Of a stretch of DNA of 64,000 nt, positions 1 through 8,029 are shown in pieces. Made by a program: the position numbers and the translations under genes. The stretch is taken from NCBI GenBank assembly GCA_001443375.1, contig LDXM01000005.1:13388-77387 (forward strand), given 5' to 3'. Positions within the stretch are counted from its first letter, which is position 1, and each line of letters opens with the position of its first letter. The notes under the pieces are model-generated. The model did no database searches. It saw only the letters and a list, made by a program, of their open reading frames with translations, and was not told the origin of the DNA. The DNA is from Chloroflexi bacterium CSP1-4. Its GTDB lineage: Bacteria > Chloroflexota > Limnocylindria > Limnocylindrales > CSP1-4.

Positions 1-757
1 CCCGACCCGGGGCAAGGGCGGGCTCGAACATCTCGGCCGCCAGCGCCCGATAGTCTTCGGCACCCGAGCTGTCGGGCGCATAGAGGGTGATGGGTAGGTG
101 ATAGGACGCTGCCTCGGCCAGTCGGATGCTCTCGCGGACCTGGGTCCGGAGCATCGCCTCCTGGTAGCGGTGCTCAAGGCGGGCCACCACCGCGCGGGCG
201 TGCAGGGTGCGGTTGACGCGGCAGGCCACGACGCCGCCCAGCCGCAGGCTCGGGTTCAGGCGAACCTTGATCTGGTCCATCGTCTCGACCACGCTCGTGA
301 CGCCGGCAAGCGCCATGAAGTGCGCCTCGACCGGCACGAGGGCTTCGCGGCAGACCGTCAGCGGCGCGATAGCCAGGTACCCGAGCGACGGTGGGCAGTC
401 GACGAGGACGACGTCCCAGCGCGCTGGCAGCCGCTCCAGCGCACGCATGAAGCCGAGGGCGATGTCGGTCTCACCGCGGCGATCGACGGCGACCAGGTCG
501 GGCGAGGCCGCGACCAGGTGGACGCCCGGCGCGGTCGTCTCGTAGATGAGGTGGGCGAGCGGATCGCGACCGCGGATGGCATCCACGACGCTGACCTCGG
601 GGTTCGGGACGCCGAGCCAGGCCGATGCCGATCCCTGGGGGTCCATGTCGATGACGAGGACGTCGTAGCCGGCCTCGCCGAGCGCGCCGGCGAGGTTGAC
701 GGTGGTCGTCGTCTTGGCGCTGCCACCCTTGTGGTTGGCGACGGCGACGGTCCTCAC
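1..757 (-). CDS. ParA/Soj-family P-loop ATPase (3' end runs off the window start)
   Basis: Absent from the ORF track because there is no stop in the window. My reverse-strand translation from the GTG at 755-757 gives VRTVAVANHKGGSAKTTTTVNLAGALGEAGYDVLVIDMDPQGSAS...VVLVDCPPSLG. These are the ParA/MinD deviant Walker A, DxDPQG and DCPP motifs. GTGA start/stop overlap with the upstream gene. Confidence 0.85.
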   Translation of the reverse strand, partial: MRTVAVANHKGGSAKTTTTVNLAGALGEAGYDVLVIDMDPQGSASAWLGVPNPEVSVVDAIRGRDPLAHLIYETTAPGVHLVAASPDLVAVDRRGETDIALGFMRALERLPARWDVVLVDCPPSLGYLAIAPLTVCREALVPVEAHFMALAGVTSVVETMDQIKVRLNPSLRLGGVVACRVNRTLHARAVVARLEHRYQEAMLRTQVRESIRLAEAASYHLPITLYAPDSSGAEDYRALAAEMFEPALAPGR

Positions 758-1569
758 GGCTTGCCGTCCCGGCGATCGGCGAGGTCACCGACCACGTCGC
801 GCACCACCGAACGCAGCGTGCCGGGCGGCTCGGCGATGTCGGCCGCTGCCTCGTCGGCGGCGGTCTGCTGCCGTCGACGGCGAGAACGAAGTGGCGGCGC
901 GGGCCGTTCCTCGGCGGGCAGGCGGCGGGCCACGATGACGGTCGGCGGCGGCGGCGTGGGTCGGGCCCCTCCGGCCGTTCGGGTCGGCCGGGTGGTCCGG
1001 GCGCGCCCAGCCGAGGGTGCGGCGGCTGGCGCACCGACCGGCACGGGGTCGGCTGGTGCCATGACCCCGGGGACGTTGGCGGGCGAACTCAGCCGTCGCT
1101 GCCAGATCGCCGCCCAGCCGCGCAGCACGCCCGAGACGCCGCGGCTCGCGCGCATCAGGCTAGCGCGCGTCAGCCCCGCGCGCGCCAGGCTCGCGGGGGA
1201 CAGGAGTTGGCGCGGGATGAGGTCTGGATCGAGCGCCAGGCCGACCACGGTCACGCCGATCAACAGCACGAGCGTCGATCCGGGGGCCCACGACCCGGCG
1301 AACAGCTCGGCGGTCGCCAGCAGGCCGGCGAGGGAGATGCTCAAGGCGACCCCGACGACCAGCTCGAAGAGCGGGTCGCGGAGCCTCAGCCCGCCCACGA
1401 GCGCCAACCCGGGACAGGCCAGCACGAAGAGGGCGACGAGCGGCGCGACCTGCGTGGCGAAGCCGCCGAGGTACGCGACCGCCGTGGCGGCCGTGATGGC
1501 CGTGACCACCACGCCGCGCACGCGGGCCGCGGTCCGACCGAGCGCGGGGCCCTCCGGCGACGCGTTCAT
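754..1569 (-). CDS. Integral membrane protein (about 4 TM segments) with an Ala/Pro/Arg-rich C-terminal tail
   Basis: Downstream part of ORF 754..1626, taken from MNASPEGPALGRTAARVRGVVVTAITAATAVAYLGGF. Hydrophobic helices are followed by a low-complexity tail. 4-nt overlaps with both neighbours. Confidence 0.6.
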   Translation of the reverse strand: MNASPEGPALGRTAARVRGVVVTAITAATAVAYLGGFATQVAPLVALFVLACPGLALVGGLRLRDPLFELVVGVALSISLAGLLATAELFAGSWAPGSTLVLLIGVTVVGLALDPDLIPRQLLSPASLARAGLTRASLMRASRGVSGVLRGWAAIWQRRLSSPANVPGVMAPADPVPVGAPAAAPSAGRARTTRPTRTAGGARPTPPPPTVIVARRLPAEERPAPPLRSRRRRQQTAADEAAADIAEPPGTLRSVVRDVVGDLADRRDGKP

Positions 1570-2432
1570 CCCAGGATCACCGGCAGCAGCACGAGCTGAC
1601 CGACGAGCAGCGCAGCGTGCCCACACGCCGCGCCGAGGATCGACCCCGTGCGGCGGACCACGAGCCCGAAGGCGATGCCCACCAGCACGGCAAAGACGAG
1701 GTAGCGGAGGTCGAGCGACGCGGAGTACAGCAGGCCGGTGGCGAACGCGCTCACGACGATGCTGCCCCGGGCCAGCGATCGGTCAGCGACCGACTGGATG
1801 ACGCCGCGCAATAGCCCCTCCTCGAGGAACCCGCCGAAGACGGCCACGATAACGGCGGCAGTCAGGACGTTGACCGGCGTCGGGTCCGCCACCAGCGCCT
1901 CCGGGCGCAGGATGAGGTAGGCCGGCACGGACAGGGCCGCGCCCAACAGGAAGACACGCACCTGCGGCTGCCAGCGGGTGAAGCGGATGCCGATGTCGGC
2001 CGGCCGCAGGCCCATGCGGTAGCCCACGAGCACCAGCAGCAAGTATGTCGGCGCACCGATCATCATGAACCATTGGATCGTCGGCACGACGCGCGTCGGC
2101 AGCACCAGGCTCAGCAGCTGCACGATGGGCAGCATCGCGAGCGCCAGCAGCACGCCCCGCTCGGGCTCCCGTGACCAGGTCAGGTAGGCGGTCACCAGGA
2201 AGGTGAAGGTCGCGATCTGAGCCACCACCGCGACCTCGGTCTCGGCGGTCAGGACGAAGGCTTGGGCGACGACGAGGACGAGCCCGCTGAGGCCCAGCAC
2301 GACCGGCGTCCCGCCACGGGCGCGGGCACTGCGCGCGAGCTCAGCGAGCAGCGCCGGGAGTGGCGCCACCGTGAAGCCGCTTCCCGACAGGCGAGGCGCC
2401 TCGAGACCGCCGCTGCGGTCGGAGTCAGCCAA
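1566..2432 (-). CDS. CPBP (CAAX/Abi) family intramembrane protease-like protein
   Basis: ORF 1566..2432. Polytopic. EExxxR motif present (FLEEGLLRGV) and a C-terminal GHAALL His motif. The middle FxxxH motif appears degenerate. Confidence 0.8.
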   Translation of the reverse strand: MADSDRSGGLEAPRLSGSGFTVAPLPALLAELARSARARGGTPVVLGLSGLVLVVAQAFVLTAETEVAVVAQIATFTFLVTAYLTWSREPERGVLLALAMLPIVQLLSLVLPTRVVPTIQWFMMIGAPTYLLLVLVGYRMGLRPADIGIRFTRWQPQVRVFLLGAALSVPAYLILRPEALVADPTPVNVLTAAVIVAVFGGFLEEGLLRGVIQSVADRSLARGSIVVSAFATGLLYSASLDLRYLVFAVLVGIAFGLVVRRTGSILGAACGHAALLVGQLVLLPVILG

Positions 2433-2679
2433 TCGGCAGGATCTCCGCTAAGCGGCCGGCCATGAGCATCAGGAACGCCGCGAGTAGCGGCGCGATGGCC
2501 AGGTCGACGACGGGCAGGATGGAGCGGCCTCGCTCGGTATCGGCCACGACCAACAGGAGACGGACCGCGATGAGCGCGAGCAGGAAGGCGACGACGATGC
2601 CCCCGGCACCCGAGGCCAGGGCCTGTCCGGGCGTGCCCGGCAGGCTATCGATGGCGACCTGGGTGACGGTCCCGGTCAT
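2425..2679 (-). CDS. Small membrane protein (84 aa, 2 TM segments)
   Basis: C-terminal part of ORF 2425..3267, from MTGTVTQVAIDSLPG. ATGA overlap with the GT2 stop at 2676 and overlap with the CPBP start. Hydrophobic helices. Confidence 0.55.
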   Translation of the reverse strand: MTGTVTQVAIDSLPGTPGQALASGAGGIVVAFLLALIAVRLLLVVADTERGRSILPVVDLAIAPLLAAFLMLMAGRLAEILPIG

Positions 2680-3683
2680 CGCTCTTCCGCCAACGCGACT
2701 CGACGGCCCCGGATCGAGACGGTCCCGACCACGAAACCGGCGGTCGTCATGCCCAGCCCGAGGATGATCGCCGCCGCCCGCTGGAAGGCAGCCGCCTCGC
2801 GCCGCCAGACCGCGCCACCGAGCTCGCGCAGCACCCGAGCGCCGAGGACGCGCAGCGCGTAGCTGCGCTCGGTCGACAGCGCATCGCCGCCGCCCACGAG
2901 GCGCGCGACCATCGCCTTGGAGAGGCCCTCCGCGTAGCAGCGCGACCGGTAGTAGGAGAGGGTGCCTCGGGCGGCCGGTACGCGGTGACGGACGACGGAC
3001 CGCGGCTCGAAGAGGATGGTGCGGTCGGGCCAGCGCTGTCGAGCCCGGATGCACAACTCCGTCTCCTCGCCACCGAGCGGACGGCTGCCCAGCCGGCCGA
3101 CGCTGTGGGCGAACCCGCCGACCTCGTCGAAGACTTCCTTGCGGAACGACATGTTGCAGCCGATCACGTTGCGCACCGGGGCACGCCCCTCGGGCATGCC
3201 GCGGTAGGTGCAGCCGACGACCCAGTCGAACTCGCGCGGGAACCAGGCCGGCCTGCCACGCTCCCATAGGGGGTCGATGGTGCCCCCGACCGCCATGACC
3301 GAGGGGTCCGCGTACCCGGCCACGAGCGACTCCAGCCAGTCGGGCTCGCCGTACGCATCGTCGTCGATGAACGCGACCACCTCGCCAGTCGCGACGCGCA
3401 GGCCGCTGTTGCGGGCGCCAGAGAGGCCGCGCTGCTCGATGTTCTCGGTCAGCACGACCCCCGGCAGACCGTGCGCGGCGCGGCCGAGCAGGGCGGGGTT
3501 GTGATCGATGACCACGATGACCTCGTGCGCCGGGCGATGCTGGGTCTGGCTGGCCACAACGGCCGCCACGAGGTCATCCCAGCGGGCCTCCGTGTAGGCG
3601 CAGATGACGACGGAGATGGTCGGAGAGGGGGAGAGCGGTTCGGTCTGCACGGGCCTGAACTGTACATGCCCATTCCCGGGCAC
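2676..3683 (-). CDS. Family 2 glycosyltransferase (GT-A fold) with a C-terminal TM segment
   Basis: ORF 2676..3683. ISVVICAYTE...VIVVIDHNP...GLSGARNSGL...AFIDDDA (DxD) are typical of GT2. Confidence 0.85.
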   Translation of the reverse strand: MPGNGHVQFRPVQTEPLSPSPTISVVICAYTEARWDDLVAAVVASQTQHRPAHEVIVVIDHNPALLGRAAHGLPGVVLTENIEQRGLSGARNSGLRVATGEVVAFIDDDAYGEPDWLESLVAGYADPSVMAVGGTIDPLWERGRPAWFPREFDWVVGCTYRGMPEGRAPVRNVIGCNMSFRKEVFDEVGGFAHSVGRLGSRPLGGEETELCIRARQRWPDRTILFEPRSVVRHRVPAARGTLSYYRSRCYAEGLSKAMVARLVGGGDALSTERSYALRVLGARVLRELGGAVWRREAAAFQRAAAIILGLGMTTAGFVVGTVSIRGRRVALAEER

Positions 3684-3747
3684 GCCCGTCGCGGACCCCA
3701 GAAAGCGATGCGTCGGCGCACCACCCGACCTCCCGGGTCGGAGGCCG

Positions 3748-4035
3748 TCAGCTCACCGGGCGGTGGTCGTCTCCATCGGGTCGTCGACGATCGCCCAGCA
3801 GCCGCTGCGCGGCGTGGCCGAAGCCCTCCTTGCGCGCCAGGCGGTAAAGGGCGGTGGCGTCCTCCACACCGAGGTCGTAGCGCGCGCGGAGGCGTGACAC
3901 GTTCCGCGCGTCGTCGGCATGGCGGAGGGCCAGGCGCGCCGCTGCAGCGCCGATGAGCGCCGTGACGATCGCGAGCAAGCGTCTCATGACGGCGGCGAGG
4001 ATGTGGCCGGACGGCAAGGGTGTCCACTCCGCCAT
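3748..4035 (-). CDS. Hypothetical small protein with an N-terminal hydrophobic segment
   Basis: Inner part of ORF 3748..4149, from MAEWTPLPSGHILAAVMRRLLAIVTALIGAAAA. High GC3 in this frame. Same strand as its neighbours. Start uncertain (alternative ATG at 3987). Confidence 0.4.
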   Translation of the reverse strand: MAEWTPLPSGHILAAVMRRLLAIVTALIGAAAARLALRHADDARNVSRLRARYDLGVEDATALYRLARKEGFGHAAQRLLGDRRRPDGDDHRPVS

Positions 4036-4072
4036 TGTGCGTAGCCGGCGCGCGCGGTGGCCGCCCGGTGCG

Positions 4073-5611
4073 TCAGGGTACGTACTCGAAGCGACCGATG
4101 TCGGGTCCCGAGCCGGCCCACGTCTCGCCCGTGACGTCGATACCGGCATCGATGGCCGGTGAGGTCGAGGTCAAGTGATAGTCCCGGCCGTCCGCGTCGA
4201 CGAAGCGGGGGTCCGCCTGCAGGCCGTGGCGGTCGAAACCGGTCCATTGCACGAACTCTGCCAGGCTGTCGGTGTTGCCCTGACCGGCCACGTAGGCGAC
4301 GTACCTGCCGTACGTGGCGGCGCTGCCACCGGGTCGCACCAGGTCGTGGTCGATGACCAGCGATGTCGGCAGGCCGCTCGTCAGGCTGTAGGCCCGACCC
4401 CGGTAGATGACGTTGTCGACGATGCGGAGGCCGGCGATCGAGCCCGCAAAGGACCCGCCTGCGGCGACGTAGAAGGCATAGTGGTCGAGGCCGTCGAAGG
4501 TGTTGTGAGCGAAGAGGCTGTCCGACGCGCAGCGCAGGATGAGGCCTGTCGTCTCGCCCGCAACGCTGCCGGCACCGTAGGCCACGTTGCGCACGAAGGT
4601 CAGCCGGGCGCACGGAGCGCTGCCGTCGGTGCCCGTCTCCATGACGTTGTTGTTGTCCCAGGCGATGTTGTCCGCGATGCGCAGGTCGGAGGCCGCGTAG
4701 ACCTCGAACGCCCCGCCGTCATAGCCCCCGCCCGAGAGGTGCGGCGCCCGATTGCCCCACAGGCGGTTGCCGACGATCGAGACGGCACCGGTCGTCTTGG
4801 TGACGACGATGCCATTGCCGCCGCGGCTGCTGGTCACCATGCGGTCGTTGTGGTGGATCCGGTTGCCCGTCACCCGTGCGCCGCTGACGGCGCCGCTGAG
4901 CTCGATGCCCGTGTCGTTCTTGGTGATCTCGTTGTCGCGGATGGTGACGTTGGTGGCGTCCTTGACCTTGACGCCGAAGCTGTGGTTGTCGCGGATCGTG
5001 TTTCCCTCGATGAGCACGCGGGTGCTGGACTCGACCCGGACGCCGGAGCCCCAGAGGTCCGGAGCATCCCGGATGACCAGGCCGCGAACCGTCACGTCTG
5101 AGGTGCCGCGCACCAGCACGACATACGTGCCGCCCGAAACGGTGACCGTCTCACCCGATGCCGCCACGACGGTCAGGCCGGGCCGCAGGATGCTGAACGG
5201 GGCGTAGGTGCCGCCGCGGACGATGATGGTCGAGCCCGCCGGCGCGACATCCGCTGCGTGCTGGATCGTCCGCCACGGTGATAGCGCGGAGCCAGCCGCG
5301 GAGTCCGAGCCAGCGGTCGACACATAGCGCGTCGACGACGTGGCCGCCGTGGGCTTGGGCGTCGGCGTGGGCGTCGGTCGCGGTCGCGTCTTGAGCTCCG
5401 ACCGCTCGACTGCGGTTCGCCACGCGGTGCCGGCGGTCGTCGGGTTCGTGGCCGCACCTTGCGGCAGCGACGATCGTGCGTCGGCCGCACGGCTGTCGAT
5501 GGGCGCCAGGACCACGGCCACCGCGAGCCCTGCGGCCAGCCAGGCTGCCGCGCGGCTGGCACGTCGCTCGGGGCCGGATCCGGTCGGCGAAGGTCGGCGC
5601 TGGTCGTCCAT
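4073..5611 (-). CDS. Secreted right-handed parallel beta-helix repeat protein (pectate-lyase/NosD-like fold)
   Basis: ORF 4073..5611. N-terminal signal/anchor AAWLAAGLAVAVVLAP, a PTPTPTPKP linker, then repeated beta-helix rungs (VRGLVIRDA, IEGNTIRDN, IRDNEITKN, VTGNRIHHN, IVGNRLWGN, IADNIAWDN). Confidence 0.85.
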   Translation of the reverse strand: MDDQRRPSPTGSGPERRASRAAAWLAAGLAVAVVLAPIDSRAADARSSLPQGAATNPTTAGTAWRTAVERSELKTRPRPTPTPTPKPTAATSSTRYVSTAGSDSAAGSALSPWRTIQHAADVAPAGSTIIVRGGTYAPFSILRPGLTVVAASGETVTVSGGTYVVLVRGTSDVTVRGLVIRDAPDLWGSGVRVESSTRVLIEGNTIRDNHSFGVKVKDATNVTIRDNEITKNDTGIELSGAVSGARVTGNRIHHNDRMVTSSRGGNGIVVTKTTGAVSIVGNRLWGNRAPHLSGGGYDGGAFEVYAASDLRIADNIAWDNNNVMETGTDGSAPCARLTFVRNVAYGAGSVAGETTGLILRCASDSLFAHNTFDGLDHYAFYVAAGGSFAGSIAGLRIVDNVIYRGRAYSLTSGLPTSLVIDHDLVRPGGSAATYGRYVAYVAGQGNTDSLAEFVQWTGFDRHGLQADPRFVDADGRDYHLTSTSPAIDAGIDVTGETWAGSGPDIGRFEYVP

Positions 5612-5951
5612 CGGTCGCTACCTCGCTCGGCTCACCGCCGCCTGCGTGCGACGCGTCCTCCGTGCGGACCATAACAGCCATCGGCGGGCGGCGCCGAGAG
5701 GCGAAGACGTCCCGCATGACCGCGGTACGGACGTCCGGCCTGCAGCGGGCGGTGGGCGGCGGTATGGTGTCGTGGGGGGCGGTCGCTGACCGGACCGATG
5801 GCCGCGGCGCGTACCAGGACCTGCGGCGACGCGGGCTGGTATGGACGGCGCCGACGTGAGAAGATGCGGCCCCGCAGGCACAGGAGTCTCGTCGACCGTG
5901 ACGGCATCCTCAGCCGACGGCCCCCGCCGCCGGCCCAGGTCCACGGGATCG

Positions 5952-8029
5952 ATGGAGGGCGTCGTCCGCCCGGCTCGATCCAGCATCCCGGTCCGAGCCC
6001 AGGTCCCGAGCGGTGCGCCGACGCACCGCCACGGCGCGCAGACCGCGGGTTCCCGCTGGCAGCGCACCACCGCCTCCTTGTGGCGCCGCGTCCGACGGGC
6101 GTCGCCGCGCATGCTGGCGCTGGTCATCTTCGCGGTCGTCGTGGCCGCGCTGGCCGCGCCGTCGATCTTCCGGTCGGACAAGCCCGCCGAAGCGGTGACC
6201 CGAGGCGTCGGGTCGGTCGACTTGTCCTACCAGGCCAAGGGCGTCAAGGCGCCCACCGGCCGCAAGCCGGAGGCGTCCAAGCTCTGGATCCATGACGGAT
6301 CGTGGTGGGGGGTCCTCTTCGACCGCAGCCGAGACGCGTACATGATCTACCGGTTCGACTGGGAGGCCGACGAGTGGATCCCGAACGGCCAGATGGTCGA
6401 CGATCGTAACGGGTCGCGCGCCGATGTCCTCTGGGACGGGCGCTACCTGTACGCGGTCAGCGGTGGCCTCGACCCGGCCTCGCCGAAGCACCGCGCCCTG
6501 CTGTCTCGCTTCAGCTATGACGGGGCCCGACGCGAGTTCCGGCTCGATCGCGGCTTCCCGCTGGCGATCTCCGAGGGCGGCGCCGAGACGTTCGTGGTCG
6601 ACAAGGATGGCGACGGTCGACTGTGGGTCACCTTCACCCGCGACCGAAAGGTGTACGTCACCCATTCGCTGACCACCGACCGCGATTGGACCCGGCCGTT
6701 CCCGCTGCCGGTGCCCCAGGCGACCGATCTCAGCCCCGACGACATCTCGGCCCTCGTCGCCTACGACGACGGCATCGGCGTCATGTGGAGCGACCAGAAG
6801 GATGGCGCGATGTACTTCGCCTCGCATCCCAACGGTGCCGACGACGCCAGCTGGGACTTCTCGACGGCCATCCAGGGTCCGGGTCTGGCCGACGACCACA
6901 TGAACCTCAAGGCGCTCCGAGATGACCCGGCGGGCAGGGTGTTCGCGGTCATCAAGACCTCCCTCAATGACGCGCCAAAGCTGATCCGACGGGACCCCTC
7001 ATCATGCTCCTCGTGCTGCAGGCGGACGGAACGTGGGATCAGTACGTGGTCAGCCGCGTGGTCGATGACCAGACGCGGCCGCTCCTGCTCATCGACCAGG
7101 ACCATCGCCAGCTGATCGTCTTCACCAGCGCGCCGTGTTGCTCGGGCGGGAGGATCTACTTCAAGTCGTCGAGCCTCGACCGCATCAAGTTCTCGTATGG
7201 AGCTGGCACGCCGTTCATGGTTGCCGGCGCCGACGCCAAGATCAACAATCCGACGTCGACGCGTCAGAACCTCGGCTCCGGCACGGACCTGCTGGTCGTC
7301 GCCTCGGACGACGAGTCGAACCGCTACCTCCACAACGTGCTGTACCTGCGTGGCCCGAAGGTTCCCCCGCCTTCGATGGCCCCCGACGTCGTCACTGCGC
7401 CGTCCGGGTCGTCCGCGCCCGGCGGGTCCGGCGGTCTCCCGGTGGTCCGCGCCACGCTGTTCGAGGATGGCTTCGAGAGCGGCGGCTTCGAGCGCTGGAC
7501 GACGGCGACCGGTGTCGGCGGGGGCGTGGTGCGGGCCGAGTCCGGGCAGGGCCGTTCCGGCGCCTGGGGCGGTCACCTGCTCAGCACGGCCACCAAGGGG
7601 GCCACCGCGACCGCGCGGTTCCGGCTCCCGGATGCGCTGCCCGCGCTGTCCGTGGGCCTGGATGTCAAGTTCGCCGGCGAGGGGCCCGAGGGTGGCAACG
7701 CGCCCATCCTGCGCCTCTTCGACGAGCGCGGTCGGCGACTGGTCAGCGTCTACCGCCAAAACCGACGGTCGGATCGCGTGTGGGTCGGGCAGGGCGACCT
7801 CCACGACCCCACCAGCGGCCGCATCGACCTCCAGACGTGGGCTCGAGTCGAGGTCGGGCTCCGACCGGCTGCCGGCGGCTCCGTGCTCGAGGTGCGCCTT
7901 GACGGACGGCTGGTCTACCAGGCGAGGGTCGCCTTCGACGTGTCGGCGGTGCGAGAGGTCCAGATCGGCAACGACTCGAAGGGACAGCCATTCGACATCT
8001 TCGTCGACGACGTGAGGATCCAGGGGTGA
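5952..8029 (+). pseudogene. Secreted two-domain protein (beta-propeller-like N domain plus ConA/LamG-like C domain), split by a frameshift near 6975-6985. Paralog of 8026..10755.
   Basis: ORFs 5841..7115 and 7004..8029 each align to consecutive parts of the downstream paralog: AVIKTSLND | DPTGPLIMLLVLQADGTW versus AVTKTSLNNGGAPLTLLLVLKPNGTW. The frame changes from 0 to 2 next to the A-run at 6977-6979. Start uncertain (ATG 5952, TTG 6078 or ATG 6111). Confidence 0.7.

Noticed and set aside
98-1801. 567-aa plus-strand ORF at the window start
   Set aside because: It is antisense to the ParA-like gene and the membrane protein gene, both of which have clear motifs or hydrophobic helices on the minus strand.
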